A program made the position numbers and the translations under genes. The notes under the pieces were generated by a model. It was not told the origin of the DNA. It worked only from the letters and a program-made list of their open reading frames with translations, and made no database searches. Shown here piece by piece: positions 47,273 to 62,900 of a stretch of 64,000 bases of DNA. The stretch lies in the NCBI GenBank assembly GCA_030704615.1, contig CM060732.1, forward strand, positions 41,540,001-41,604,000. The letters are read 5' to 3'. Numbering within the stretch: position 1 is the first letter of the stretch; each line of letters starts with the position of its first letter. This DNA comes from Takakia lepidozioides. Its lineage: Eukaryota > Plantae > Bryophyta.

Positions 47273-50200
47273 ATGCTTCAAGGACATATGGCTGTTGGGG
47301 GTTGCAGATGCAGGAACCGGAGAGGAGTCTACACAAAGCAAAACATTGGGATTATCCCTCTGACGGCGATCTTTACCTGCAATACGCTTAATTTTTGGGT
47401 AGTTTTCACATGGGTAGTGCTGAGTATGATACCGCAGTCCACTGCAGCACTTCTGAATCACGCGGACTGGAAACAGCAAGTTGCAGGCCAGAGTGGAAGT
47501 ACCAAAACCGCCCACTTTCGACGAGGTACATTGTGCTCAAATCTCTGCTCTAGAAACTACAGGTCTGCCATTCCAGCAATGGCCGGGCCAGACTAGTATT
47601 TGGGATGGATTTCCACTGTAAGACTTGACTTTAAACTCAGTCGATTGCAGAGTTCCCCCAACGTGACATTTGAATCATAAATTGATCAGGATGTGTCGAT
47701 ATGTCGAGCACTAGTAATTCTTGAGATTCTGTGTACATACATATACATGGATTAAGTCACGTGTGATCAATCTAATCTCACTCGATTTCATTGTGTGTGA
47801 TTTATTTGTGGACATCGTCAGGCTTACAGTCTGCGTCGTCAGGAAATTTGTCAGTTGGTTTGAGCGACGACCAAGCAACTCTGATAGCTTGGAAAAGTAA
47901 GCTTCATCCGTTTAATAATTTCACAGTCAGCCTTGCAACGTGGGTGGAGAGTTCGTCGGGCCCGTGTCAATGGAGTGGAGTTCAGTGTGAGAACTACCAG
48001 GGAGATAGCCGCGTGACGGTCCTCAATCTCACCTCACTCAACCTCACAGGCGGGATGCCGTATGGGTTAGGGAACCTCCCAGCTCTTTTATCTCTCTCAG
48101 TTTTTGACAACCAGTTAAACGGAAGCATCCCCAAGGACATCGGCAATTGCACCAACCTGCAGGTATGGAACACAATTGAGTAGTGCATGATCTGCGTGCA
48201 TGTTATGTAAGGTTCCACTCAAGATTTTTGATGTCTCACTTGAGATTAATAATGAATTGTAACAGTCCCATCTAGATTTAAGCTCTTTCGGTAGCCTACA
48301 GTTGAGATCATGCTTGAACTTCCGATCCAATGAGTTATTGATCTGGACACTTAGTTCTGACCAGCAATTCTTCAGGTGCCGCGAGGGTGCCGCTGGTCGA
48401 TTCTCCTCCACGCATAAAATTGATTGAAATCAGTTACCGGGACTGCTATGATCCTCGGAATTCCCGAGGCCACAACCACACCCAATCTAATTTGACGTAC
48501 ATTATAATGCTTACAAAATTTATGAGTACTTCCAGTTTAGGACTCGTAATATTATCTAAACTTTCACCAGCTAATTAATCGCCTGGTTTCTGCAGGTTCT
48601 GGACCTCTCCAGAAACAGATTTGGAGGTGGCATCCCTGCGAACATTTTTTCTAACTGTGGGAGCCTCAACTCTTTCAACCTCTCAAACAATTCACTTACA
48701 GGGGTATTGCCAAGGCAGCTCGGGAGTTGCAAGAAGTTGCAGACTGTCGATCTTAGTAGCAACAATATCACAGGGGAGATACCAATCGAAGTTGGGCAGC
48801 TTCCGGCTTTGGAGACGCTAGTTCTGAAGAATAATTGGGTTAGCGGAGCTCTACTTGATACTCTGGTATCGGGGAATTGTCAAAAGCTGCAAACTCTGGA
48901 TGTTTCATATAATGGGCTGACAGGGAGCATTCCAGCAGGGATAGGAAATTGCAGCAAGCTTCTGGTATTGAATCTGCAAGGAAATGCCTTGGACGGCAGC
49001 GTTCCAGCGCAGCTGGGACAATTGGGAAGTCTTCAATGCTTGGCGTTAGGAAGCAACTCTTTCTCCGGAATCCTACCCCAAAATCTCACAGGGTGTTCGA
49101 GTCTATATTTGCTCGATGTGAGTAATAACAACCTTTCTGGGATCGTTCCAACTTGGTTTGGGCAGATGAGAGCCTTGAACTATCTGTCAATGCAATCCAA
49201 CAAATTCACGGGCCGATTTCCACGAGAGATCACAACGTTACCCAGTTTGTATCATCTGGATGCCAGTGACAACAATTTGAGTGGAGACATCCCTGTCGAT
49301 TTCGTAAACTGTACATCACTACGGCTCCTAAGGCTTGCAAATAATAGCTTCTCCGGCAATGTGCCAGCAGAGCTGGGGTCGCTTTCAAGGCTCCAAGGAC
49401 TGGACCTTTCATGCAATCAACTCACAGGCAGCATCCCTGCAGCGTTTGGGAATCTTCAGGATCTGTTGTGGTTGCAATTAGCGAACAATCAACTTACTGA
49501 CTCGATTCCACATCTGTTGACAAACTGCAGCAGCTTATTATGGCTCAATCTTGGCAACAATGGTTTGACAGGCGAGATCCCATCCAATATGGCTACGCTT
49601 GCCCGACATGCAAACCAGACGTTCGCTTCTAACAGTAAACTTCCATGGCTTCCAGCGGATTTGGGAGAGTGCTCCATCGCATCAAGTTGGGTACCAGGGG
49701 ACTATGCACCGTTCACAGGTTATCCGCCCGCTACTACTGGGGAACGCCAATGGTGCCACATGTGGTGGCAAAGGATGTTGAAAGGGGAATTCGTATCATT
49801 CAGCTTCTGGCAGCTCTCCCACAACAAGCTCACAGGATCGATGCCCAGCTTCAATCAGTCATTGTCTAAGTTGGCATGTATAGTTCTCACGGACAATCTT
49901 TTGTCTGGTCCAATTCCCTCCGAAATAGGATATCTTCGGGATCTCTACAATCTCAACGCGTCTCACAACCACTTCAATGGGTCAATCCCTGCATCCTTGG
50001 GAGAATTGCCTCAATTGGAAAGTCTAGATTTGTCTTTCAACAATTTGTCTGGTTCACTGCCCTCCAGCCTGAGCGATTTGACGTACCTTTCTAAGTTCAA
50101 TGTCTCATATAACGAGAATCTGACTGGGCCTGTCCCTTCCACCGGCCAGTTCGCGGGCACCTTCCCTATGAGCGTCTACACAGGAGATACCAATCTTTGC

Positions 50201-51442
50201 TTTACGCTCAATAGCCACGGGACTGTCATGAATAGCTCCGCATATACTCCAAAGAACGGACCATCAGTGTGCCCTGATGCTTGGCCTACGAGATCCCCCA
50301 TGGCAACCAAGCACGCAGGAAGATCACACGCGGATGTGGCTTACATCACTTCTCTCTCTATGTTGGCAATTCTGGGAGGCCTCTTCTGTGCAGCATTAGG
50401 TCTTTGGTTTCGTTCAAAGTGGCGGGCACATAAGAATGCCAGGCTGTTCGTTCAGGGGGGCGCGGATAACTTAGGGAGACCGACTTATGAACACAGAGAA
50501 AGCTTCCACGCTCCTGTTGCATCGTTTGGGACGCAGTTCCTGAAGGCACTTACGTATTCAGACCTGTTCAGTGCAACTGATGGTTTTAGCGATGCAAGGA
50601 TCATCGGGGATGGGGGATTCGGAGTTGTGTACAAAGCGAAGCTGGAAGATGGGACTGTCGTTGCCATCAAGAGGCTCATTCAGGATGGAGCCCAGGGAGA
50701 ACGTGAGTTCCGGGCAGAGATGGAAACGCTAGGTCATCTTAAGCATGACGCCTTGGTGCCATTACTGGGGTACTGCCTCAAAAACCAGGAAAGATTGTTG
50801 GTGTATGAGTGCATGATGAATGGGAGCTTGGACGATTGGTTATATGAATCCCCTGCCAAGGCAGCCAAGCTCACTTGGTCTACGCGGTTAGGAATTGCGG
50901 TTGGGACTGCACGGGGGCTTTGCTTTCTTCACCATGAGTGCGTGCCCCTCATCATCCACAGGGACATGAAAGCCAGCAACATCTTGCTGAATGACAACTT
51001 CGATTCTTTCTTGACAGACTTCGGGCTTGCTCGGCTCATGGATACTCAGAAAACGCACGTAAGTACCATCGTTGCAGGGACTCCTGGATATGTGCCACCA
51101 GAGTATGGTCAGACATGGAGAGCTACAACCAAGGGGGACGTATATAGCTTCGGTGTGGTTTTACTAGAGTTAGCATCTGGCAAGCGCCCCACAGGACCTG
51201 ATTTCACTGGGCTAGAGGGGGGCAATCTAGTTGAATGGGTTCGAATAATTGTCAGAGGTGGCCGGCAGGAGAAAGCTTACGACCCTGTTGTGCTTGAAAC
51301 TGGTGACCGAGATGAGCTCTTCCAGTATCTGACGCTGGCGCTTGCTTGCACAGACGACCTGCCCACCAGCCGTCCCACCATGGCTGAGGTCACCCAAAAA
51401 CTGAAAGACATCAAGGTGGGCACACCCAAGACGCCTACATGA
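47273..51442 (+). CDS. LRR receptor-like kinase, subfamily Xb (NILR1/At1g74360-like island domain; EMS1/BRI1/PSKR group)
   Basis: Phase-compatible exons 47273 (or 47288)-47525, 47822-48162 and 48596-51442. LRRNT (DQATLIAWK…W…PCQWSGVQC), about 20 plant LRRs, island GECSIASSWVPGDYAPF…CHMWWQRMLKG, TM segment, and RD kinase (GDGGFGVVYKA, VAIKRL, HRDMKASN, DFG, GTPGYVPPEYGQTWRATTKGDVYSFG). No disabling lesion seen. Confidence 0.95.
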
Positions 51443-51652
51443 CCTGCATTCACTCCCCACACTAGACTGTAATATAAAACCCACCATCTCTCTCACGTCC
51501 ATTCTCACAATACACAGCTCGGAGCTCTCAACTTCTGTTGTTGACAGGGATCAGCAATGTATACACCGTTGGGGATTCTGGCAAATCCCCAACTACACAA
51601 ACATTCAATTCAATGTACAATTCAATTCGATCAAACTTGCACGAGAACAGTT

Positions 51653-51656
<4 letters not shown>

Positions 51657-51686
<30 letters not shown>
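51657..51686. repeat. (TC)15 microsatellite
   Basis: Direct reading. Confidence 0.95.
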
Positions 51687-51692
<6 letters not shown>

Positions 51693-54600
51693 AAACGCTG
51701 AGACGGAAGTGGATAGATGGATGCATCTGAAGCTGATGTTGAACGATATATTGTCCGCCTGCCCCGAGATGAACATTTTCCCGGGCAGGGAGGTCGTCTC
51801 TCTCTCGAACGCCTGATCACAATATGTAACCGCCATGGATAGATCTTTGCAACTTCTGCAGAACAAGGAAGAGACGCACCCTTCAAGAGTCACAGCAGAT
51901 AAAAAATACTGGACATTCTCTTCAGTTTACTCATTCATACATAACATAGAGCCTGGGATAGTGGGAGCAGACACACACATATTGTTGGATTAATTGCTCC
52001 GAGTCTTGCCTGCCAATTCTGAATGCCATTGACGAGAGATCCTTCGCCCTCGTTTCTTCCGTTCCCCCTTTGAACAGTGATGAAAGTGTTGAGTATGGAT
52101 GGAAGCTGTGTGCTTACGGATGGGTAAACTGAAGAAGGGGAGGGGGAGGGGAGGGGGTGGGGTGGCAGTTATGGCATGTCATCTGACCCTCTCCTTCCGT
52201 GCCAACTGACGCCACCCCCTGCCTCCTTCCATTCGCACCATATCTCAACCTCTTTCACTTCCCTCCACCCCTTTCCACTCTCTCTCAACTTGGAACCCAG
52301 AATATCTCTCCCAAGAAGCGATCCGATCGTTCGTCAATTCCTTGCTGGCCAAGCTTATTTTCTCTCTGAAAATACTGAAGTTAGACTTTGGTTTCCCCCC
52401 ACCTCTGCTACACCTATCCTGATGTAACCCGCAAATCTTTCCTCTGTTGAGCTATCTGAACACCAAAAGGAAAGATGATGTCTTTGATAGTCACTGCACT
52501 GGAAGCTGCTAAAGGAAGGATGGAATAGGCCATATGCCGATCGGAATTTTGGCAAACATTTCAACCTTTCCCTGTACTGTTATAGGGGTGAAGAACAGAC
52601 ACATGTGATCATGGCAAGTATTGAATCATCATCCAGAGGTACCGCGGTTTCGCACAGGTCTGAGACCACTGCGCGGGCCCTGATGTTTGCCACACGTTTG
52701 TAAAGAACTGATCCCTCCGACTGAGAGCTACATCTTCGCCGCTAATGTTTTAGGACATATCTAGATGACGATGGAAGTTTGCCAGTGCCTAGCAAGATTT
52801 TTCCGGAAAGATCTGCCACCCTTCTGGCTAGATTAGTGGCTCGACCTAACATTGTCCGTTGCCCATCCCTTGGACATAGTGGTGAGAAGAGCTTACAGCA
52901 CAGTAGCAGACCAAGTGGACTTTTGGTCTTTCGCACTTTTGGACTGCCGAGTTTGGATGGGAAGCAAACAATGAAGATGAGTGTCTCTGCCTAGTGAAAG
53001 CTCCAACATCCACAAAATAGATCAAGCTGTAATCCAGCGGCTAATTGGGCTCCAGGCCAGATTGGAGGCACGAGCACCAGAGGGCGCTGGCGTAGAGGCA
53101 CAAGAATCAGAGGACAGAGCCATGCCGACCTCATGGCGCTTTACATGGCGACGGCGACAAATTACACAGCAGCCACAATCCACACACTTCCAGCAAATTA
53201 TTTTGACTCACAAATATGTGGTTGCGCTTTTGGCCTTTCTTGTCTCAGTTGATCTGGTATGTTGGGTCACAAGTAATAACCCAAGTCCAAAGGGTTTCTA
53301 TCCTGGAACTTGAAAGCAGAAATGTCACTTGAGAGGGGGAAGGAGCCGAGTGATAGGGACGTCCGAGAGAGAGAGGGAGGAAAGTAGGGGATGAGGGAAC
53401 ATTAATTTTCAAATTCTCAGATCTAGAGTACATGTGGGGATATCCTTCAGGGCTTTGATTGTTGGAATCCCCTCCACCAGAGCGTATAGCTCGTGAAACA
53501 TATCGATCAACCCTGTGAATTCATCGAAGTATGCATCAACCTTTGAGGGAATAGGCTGCAGATTACTCATCAGAGCGCCGAGTTGTAGCTTACCAGGGTA
53601 GGAAGCATAGCCTCGAACTGCCAGAGTGCTCATGGACAGCCGACGACAATGGTTGTACAGGCATTTGGGTGTTCATTGAAGGGCTGGCAATATCAAACAA
53701 GGAAGCATAATGTTGATTTCAGCTCCGAGTCTATATACACCTCTAACTCGAAACAGGAAGAACTGAGATATTATGTGTTGTGATGTAATGCAGATAGAAA
53801 TAGTAGGGGTGCTATGCTACCAGCTTTTTACAGCCAGTTATTTTCCATGGCATCTCTATCCCATGATGCTCAACCGAGCCGTTGAACTTGTTGCTTTCAT
53901 CTGTTCCCGCGGCTACATCCCTTCCCTGGTATCTTCTCAGCCCACCTCAATATATCTAATCTGAAAGCTCAGTTTCTGTCACCCAGCTCTTTCATGAGGA
54001 GCATCCAAAATCAGTACCACAGTAACAGCTTTATACATTTCTGTAGTCCTGCCGCATACTACAAGTTATGCTCGGCGTGGCCATCGTGTTCGTCTTATAT
54101 TCCTTCATGGCGTACCTTGAGAAACCCCATTTGAACGTCTGACCATCCTATTTCATACTATCTAGAGTAAGCATTTTGAACCCTGCAAAGGTGAAGGACT
54201 AAAGAGCGCATAGAGACCAGTACTAGATCATGTCACTCTAAAGATCTGGCTAGAACAGGATCCCCTCTACCAGTACCATAGCGTACGTAGTAATATTGAA
54301 TCAGACACCTAAGCAGATTGCAGGCCTAAAAAGTCTGGGTGCATGAAAAAGTCTAGGGTTACTTCACACTCTATCACCCAATCTTGCATGGAATGTATCA
54401 CTTTTGCCAGTTCTACTGAAGATTTGAGTTCCCCTGCAGCTTTGTGAAGAGACTCTGAGTGATTTCTGCTGACAGGGACCCATGGTCTCAAAGATGTTTA
54501 ACTCAGAAAATCATTGTTCTGTGGAAATTTTGCAGTACTCCGTCGCACAAATCCTCTTGTCCCTGCTGTCTCTTGCGGTCTACGCAAAGCGGCAGCCGTG

Positions 54601-57600
54601 TCGCAAGTACAGTTGTGCTGCCCCTCTTGTTTTGTACAGTATCCTCCTCTCCTATCAGGTGGGTGTCGTTTCGATCACCAAGAGTGTTCGTCATTGTCAT
54701 TGGTCTTATTGCTGGAGGTCTACAGAAATTTCTGTTCCTTGCTTTTACAGCTATTCCAGCTTCCTTTTAGCATCCGCATCAGCTCTGATTAAGTGTCTTC
54801 GATGTAGCGGATGGTAAGGGTACTGCAGCCCCATCGAAGGTAGTTCTGGCTTCAGGTCATCACAGGTCGTAGCATTGTCAAGAGCCCGTGCGGTCAACCC
54901 AGCTGGAAAAATGCAGGATGCCAGTTGGCCTTTCTAATCACAAGATGTGTTGCTGCAGTGAAGCCTCCGGGAATCAGGCCATTACAGTAACTTCTAAGCA
55001 TGTCGAAGTATCGCAGCCCCTTCTCAAAATTGACATTGTCCTAGTGGGACGGGTTCTTAAGGAACAAGCACTCCCGCATCCCTCTTATTCAGAGCTCTGA
55101 CCCACCTAGGGATAAGAGCTGATTGTGATACCGTGTCCTCTTGCAGATATTTGTGGCCATTATGGTAGTCAAGGTTTCCAGAATGCCCATGGCGGATGAC
55201 GAAGGCCACATTATCGCCAACTGGCCCACCACGCAAGTTTCTCCAGTTGCCGATGCCGACGACCCTCATTTGCGCCCTCTTGTATGCTGTCTCCTTCCTT
55301 GAGTGCTGTATCTCCTCCCTACTTTACTCGTCTCCTTACTCCTCTCTCTCGTCTTACTCATTTCTTCCTTTCTGTCCTACTCAGCTCCTTCATTCTTGTT
55401 CAACTTTGCCATATGAGCCCTCTTGGCCACTCATTGATCCAGAAGTACTTTTGCTCCTAGGTTGAAGCCCATCAGCCATGTTCAATAACCACATTGTTGA
55501 TTGTACATGAGCAGGGCATACAAATTATAGGGCTCTCACCACGAGCGATGAGAGCTCGGATCATTAGCCAGGTGGCCCCTCATGAGGGGAATACCAATAG
55601 TGGTTCCAGTGCAGACACCAAGCCCTCGGTGATTGACCCAACGGAAATAATATACACTGTGCAACAACCTGATGGGGAGAAGGTAGCCCCTTCTATCTTT
55701 GACAGTGTCCACAGCCATATGAACACTAAGACAAGATGGTCAATGCCTGTCAGTCCAAAAACCATAAGAAGAAAAGAGCTTCATGCAAGTGGGCGTACAA
55801 AAGTCTGCTAGTTTGACTACTCATGAGTTTGCCACTTATACTTACATGAACCAGGTCATGAACCAGGTCAAGAATTGCAATGAAGAGCTAAGCATGGTAG
55901 ATGAACAAGTAACAGCAATTATATAGTTTCAAAGACAAGCCTAGTAACTTAACTCACAAAGCTCGAGTCCAGTTGACACTTGACATGAGCTGTATCAATG
56001 TATGGTTGTTAACCACTCTTGTGTAATACAGTCACTTTCGTCTGCTTGGATGCAGTTCGCCATTGCAAGAGTTTGCAAGGACTTGCAGATTCCAGAAGTT
56101 AGCCCCATAGCCACATGCAGTGGCACCTTCACTTCACGAGGACTGGCATGTCAGTTCCCACATGGGGTGCACCACCCCCTGCAAACCACAGTAGAGGCTC
56201 CGCAATTGCAACCAGTTTTGCCTACAACCCCTGAACTCAGTGCAATAGGTAATGCTCTTGCTGACCAGGAAGTTACCATGTGCAATGTGGACATTGAGCA
56301 CCATGAACTCCCAAACTGACCATTCAGAGTTCTTCTCCTTAGAATGCAGCCTCTATTGTGGCCCACTCACTATTTAATTTTAGTGTTTGGTGGGCCGTTG
56401 TTGCTGGAGATGTAATCGAACCAGCGCTCTGCAATTCAACTTCCTGATGGCCCCAAGTGCAATCGCATGAGACCACTGGTGGGGGTAGAGCTCCTTCAAA
56501 TGTTCAAATAAAAAGTGGGATAGTACGGCTACACAGTTTGTAGTTGAATAGTCCTGTGAATTGCCCTCCAAAAGGGTTGAAAACAATTGGGATTTTCTAC
56601 TGGAAAAATCTCACATCACCCGCAACAATCCTTATCTGAGAGAATACCTCAAAAGTTTCAATACTGAAAAACTGAACAGCCAGAGAGCATGCAAGAAGAT
56701 TATGGGTAGTATTACATTCACTCACCATTTTTAACTTTGGGTACGTCTCCTTGCAGACAGGTATACTAAACTATCCTGAAAGAACTGAAGCTAATTGCTG
56801 AACTTTCCAGTCATTGACCTCTGATACTGACCTCAAGTAGGATTGGCTTACAAATCCACAACCAGCTTCTCTTTCACATTCAAGACTAGCAAATAAGTGA
56901 TTCTCTCAACACCAGTTTGTGAAGGCTAGCAAGCATCATCCTTGCAGTAAGGAAATCCACACGAACTGAGGGTCTCTCATGCTGATGTATGTGATCTATA
57001 TTCAATTTAAAAGTAAACGGTGTCAGACAAAGAGCCTACTTGACTCATCCTTTTAATGATGGAACGACCTCTCATTGACCGAGGCTTAAAGGAGGCATAA
57101 AAATTCTGTTAAAGGAGGAATGCAGGTGAAATTATAATCGGATTATCCACAAACCCATCGCAGTACCCCAGACTTAAAAACTAGAGCTAACACTACAGGG
57201 AGGAGAATGGGACATTGGGATGCATTGCTAGCCTATTAGTAAACCTGTATGCTACTTATAGCTGCTTTAGCAGCTCCCATTCTCACCCTGCCCGTACCTA
57301 CTATCTGTATTCAAATGTTTATGGGACCCTTGAAGCTCTTTCTGGGTGAAGCTCTTCTGGGCCTAGTAGCTTTTTTGATCTGCCGCCAGCTGAAACAACA
57401 AATTCCCACCTCTAGATATCAAACCCGGACTTGTATTGACAATTGAGGGAAGATTCAGCATCCATCCCCACATTTCTGAAGTTACAAATATGTGGGAAGC
57501 CTGGATGCAAGGCCCAAGATCAGCTGAGCTCACATGCATGGGGTATTCTGAAGAGTTGGCATACTGGAACGCAGCATTAGGAGGCAACTCTGGCTTATGC

Positions 57601-59680
57601 AGACATGGACCAGATGTTATGATGTGTTCAAGATAATCCGTAGGGTGCCCACTGCTAACCATTGCTCAAGACAAGCCAATGACAACCTGAAGGTTAAAGA
57701 TTTATCCCACTTACTTTCTATCCTTCTTCACATGGTCCATATCTTTGGCTCTGTATCCTCTCCGAAATGGACTCCGTTGCAAATCTATGACAGCAAAGTA
57801 CTATATTCCAAATCGACATACGGTGAGTAAGCAAATGTGAAGCACATACCAGCAGAGACTTACTCGACCTCAAAGCATCATCCTGACTTCGTGCATTGGT
57901 GACTCAGATAAAGGGCATCTTCAGATTGCAGGACGATGCAAACCTCTTCATCTCTCATGTCAAAGAAACGGCAAAACGATAATGGTATCAGAGTAGGATA
58001 TGTGCATTGCACTGCTCTCAAAAGCAACACTGCCAAAACAATAAAATGTTGCAAGATCTCTGCAGCATAAGTTACTCCGACATTGTATCAGACCTCTCAG
58101 AATGCATCAGAGCAAAGGACCACATAAGAAAGTGCTGGCACAAACTCGGAAGAACAGAGGTCAATTGAACCGTGCACACCACTCCCATTCAGATTAGGAT
58201 TCAGGTCAATCGACCGTTTAGTTTTGATCCGCTCGTCTTTAGAAGATTCCGTTCATTGTTCCAACCATCATCCATGAACATCCGTTATATCTGCCTCAGG
58301 TGAGTTGTGGAGGTGGGTGGTTACCTGTCTGTCCGTCTGTGTGTCTGTGGGAGTGGAAGGGAGGATGAGGCTCTGGCAGGGATGATGATTAGACGGGTGG
58401 CCTGATGCTTGTTCAGGATTATCCCAGCTCGCAGCTCAGTTGGTTAGTTAACAGTGTAATCCAAGTGAGAGAGATGGTGCCTGCAAGACCGAGGGGCGGA
58501 CCCACCCCAGGTCTCCCTTCCTCGAAGAAGCGTGGTGGAGTGCAGCATTGAAGAAGCCAAGTATGTACCATGTCCTAGGCCTGGAGCGTGCAACTTCCAG
58601 CCAGTGCATATCTGCACGCCGAATTCACAATCGTGAGGCGATGGTGTGGATGACGTCCCTGTCTTGTGCTGGATGTTGGAGCCATTCTAGTATTGCATTG
58701 CAGTAGCAGAGCAATGCCGATTCGGTGAATCTGTGGACATGCAGGGAGCGGTGTGCAGCGTATAATGGGCGGCATGCCTGGCGTGCGGCGAGACGTTTTA
58801 CGCTGGCTGGTGGCCTTGAACCTTTCCTTCCCCATAAAAAATCTCAAAAGGTACTTGCGTTTCTGTCTTTCTCTTTCTCTGGCCTAAGTTTATCATGTCT
58901 CTCATGCTTGCATGGCCTGGAGATTTCACGTTTCACGAATTACTTCTATAAGATCCAGTCATGCAGCGCACGAGGGATTGTTTATCAATCAATGCACAGA
59001 CAAGAATTGAAAATGCCCATCTGCCAACGATGACTTGCTTCTATGAACCCTGTGCTGGTATCTTCTGAGCCTGCATGCACATATTCAACATCGGTTTGAA
59101 GATAAGACTGATCAAGACCAGTCATTCCCCGGGAGGAAAGCTTTTAGTCAGCTCTCATCCAGAAGAGCTTTGTGAGTACAATGATTCAAGACCTAGGCAA
59201 GTCTCTTGAAGATGCATTTGCCATGAGCATGTTGAGTAGCCTTAAAGACCTGCTGCAAAGGAAATGGTTGCGCAAGTCATTCATTGCCAATGGATTAAAT
59301 AAGCACCCAAGTTCCTTCCTTTTTGAGACGTGATATTGCTAACTGCAAAAAGCAGACTCAAGACGTAATCATTGAAGCTTCGGGCAGTGTTTCATAGAGA
59401 AACTGTTCCCTCAAATCTTCCGGGAGTCTGCAAAATGCTTTCTGATATTCTAGTGGGTTGTGTACAAGGAGCTGACGTGACTATGGTCAGAGAAATAGTG
59501 TGAGTATTCATTGGCCCCATGTTTCTGTCGTAAGACTGTGATTGTATTTGTAGTGTTTGACCTAGATGTAAATTGTTTTATCACGATGAAATTGCTTATC
59601 AGAACAAGGGTCCTTTTCCTGGTAGTTATGTGGGCATGGAGTAAGTATGGAGATATCTCGATACTTATAAGGATATGTAG

Positions 59681-59926
<246 letters not shown>

Positions 59927-62900
59927 TAGTACAGATTCTGCTTTACTCTCATGCGTGTTACCCTTTCTGCTTGTCCGTGTCTATGGCCTCAAGGGTACGG
60001 CAGGCTCTAGGTACATCCTCTGTCATCCTTTGCAAATCTGATCGGGATTTTACACCTCTCTGCTAATCTCAAACTTTTGACCAAAGAAAGAATCTGGGGA
60101 CTCCATGTAGACATGCATTCTGCAGAGGAGAGCATCAATATTTTGCTGCAAACAGCAGGTCTTGAACTTTCCTCTTGTAATGCATGAAAGGGAAAGCCAG
60201 CTCGCTCCTCTTCTCCAACATAGCTAAGTTGCGGGATCAATGTATGGAGCAAAGGGTTATGTGGTGTGCCATATGGGTATGCACGTACGCATTTTCAGTG
60301 ACCCTGCAACGCACACTCTCCAATTCAGTCCACTGAAGGGCGGAAACAAAACTATATCTAACTCATAGAGGAATGTGTCAAACTACTTTTGCCTTCCCAC
60401 ATTGTTTTGAAAAGCAGAAGTAACTACCATACTAACTGGCATCGGCTGTGGGAAACAGTTTCCCAAGTGGGGCCGTCAGGTATCTCAGATGTGTGTAAAC
60501 TTGGAGTAAAACCTGAATACCTCATCATGGAAACTCGTCTGCAGAAAAGGGCTTTTGTTGTTTTGAAAGATGAGATTGATACCATCATAAACTGCAGCTC
60601 CCATGATGGTGTTGGGCCATTACTGGAGCGGATGTATGGTTTTCTGACTCAGAAACGGTAGGTGCTTGTCTAACATTCCATTCTCTCAATCAAGAGGAAC
60701 AATGAAGAGAACAAAACTTAAAAACATCCACAGATTGCCATGAGTGCCCACTGGACGAGTGAAAACAATGTAGGGAAAATTTTGGCACACTCCTTCAAAG
60801 TATTTGCCCCACTTTGTAGCTTGGGCACAAAAAATTTCCCTCTTTTGCACATCCAGCAAGACCCCAAACTGTTGATCTGATGCATGCTGAAAAGTTAAAA
60901 GTGCTTACTACCCTTTGCTACCTGTGTTTTTCCCCTATGAAAGGAACTCATGAAGATATTGGTAATGAATGTGAAACAAGAAATGTGTTTGTTGCACGCA
61001 AGATGTAAGCCAGAAGGAGGCCAAGCCATGCAGCTATGGATCCCAGAAACATCAGAAGCAACATGCACTGGCAATGAGATCACGAACCAGCCTACTCATG
61101 GCACTGATGCCACAGCTTATCCTGACGTGAGCTTATCCCGCAGTATGAGTGTCATTGGAAGAGCCTTGGATAATTGTTCATGCAGCAGTCAGGATGCTTC
61201 TCTTTCTCCTCAGTGCAATAAGCCTAACTGTAAACTGTCCATCAGTTTCACCGATCCATTCTATGCACCTGAGCGGGGAAGTTTGAATGCAAGTGAGGCA
61301 CAAGAGAATGCCACTAATACATGTCTGGCTGATGATTCTCAAGGCAGGATAGAATTTAATGGGGGTCTTTTTCATTTCAAAGAAGGTTCCGAAAATTTTC
61401 CTCCACGGAAAATTGATGTGAAACACAGAGACCAGAAAAGGGGACATCCTACAGCGGTTGAGAGAGCAAGGCAGCAAGAAACCCGGAGAGAAAAAGAGAT
61501 GGCCAAGGTGGGCTTGCAACTGAAAACTGTTGACTATAGTGGCCCATCCCCAGTCAAGGATCCATCCTCTGATGCTGGCCTGGCCTTCCGGAGCCCCAAT
61601 CGACAGGTTTGTACTGTAGTTGATACATCATAGAGTTATCTGTCCAATGTTGCTCTTTAACATACTGTCATGGAACCAGGCTGCAACAAGCTTTGTCAGA
61701 ACAACAGATAGATAACAGTACTGCGTCGCATTTAAGATGATACTTTGGCTGTCACCAGGCTGTCATATCTGTGAATATACATGGACGCATTTTAAGAATC
61801 TTATTGTTCACCCTCTTGTTGGGCTTCTTGGCTGGTTTGTCTGTTATTTGATGAGTTGGATGTGAGGGCAGTTTTGTTAATTTCTTGGTTTGTGTCGGAG
61901 CAGGCTGCTCTTGGTGCTGAGCTGCCAAAGAGATACCCTCCCTGTCTGTAACAAAGATGTCTTGGAATATTGCAGAGATTCTTTAAGCAGTATACCTTGA
62001 CAGACTATCGTAGGCAACAGACTGGTGGTTATGTCCAACTTGGGAAGCTTGGCGCTGCCAAGGAATATGGAGCCCTGACTGTGAAGGTAGCTCTAGTCTT
62101 TTGACTTAACTCATTGTTCATAGACCTAGTTGTACTGTCTGCAAGACTCTGGTGGGATGGATTGTTGGGGAGAGCTCTTAGTTGCTGATATAAATATATT
62201 AGTAGTACCGACAAGCACTGGGTTGCTGAATTGTTCTGTAAAGCTGCTTGGATGCACCATCATGTTTGACAGTAGTCCAACTTTACCCCATCAATCACTG
62301 CCAGATTGTCGCTGTGGACACCTCCCCTAGCTGCGTTGGATGCTGAACTTTCAAGACCATGATGAATGTGATTTGTGAATGGTGGAAACCATAAGTCCTG
62401 AAACCATGCCAGCTGTCTCACATACAATGTTACAGTGTAGTATGACGTTTGAATCCACTGCGTTATTGAGCTATCTATCAGCCTTTGAGAACATCCGTCT
62501 AAACAACCTAAGGAATATTAAAATTGATGATTCTGCAGGGTGACCTCACTGCAACAGGAGGACAAGATTATACAGAGCTCAATAACACAGTGGATTATAG
62601 TGTTGCTCACAGCTCCCTGCTTGGAGTTTTGGCATGATTGAAGTATCTTATTTGATAACATGGACATGCAGATGTGAGTCTGGAGTTTCTCTGCTCTTAC
62701 ATGTATATTAATTTGGTAGTTTTGTTTTTTCCTTCTATCATCATTCAAAGTAGTTGATGTCTTTAGTCTCAACTGAAGACAATCATGGGACAACCAGATT
62801 TGTGTTGTGGGGTGTAGTGGCAGTGGTGTGTTGTGTTCATGACAGAGATGAGATGTGGCAAAGAAAGAAACTCGTAGAACAAATTCATACTCGCAGAGAG

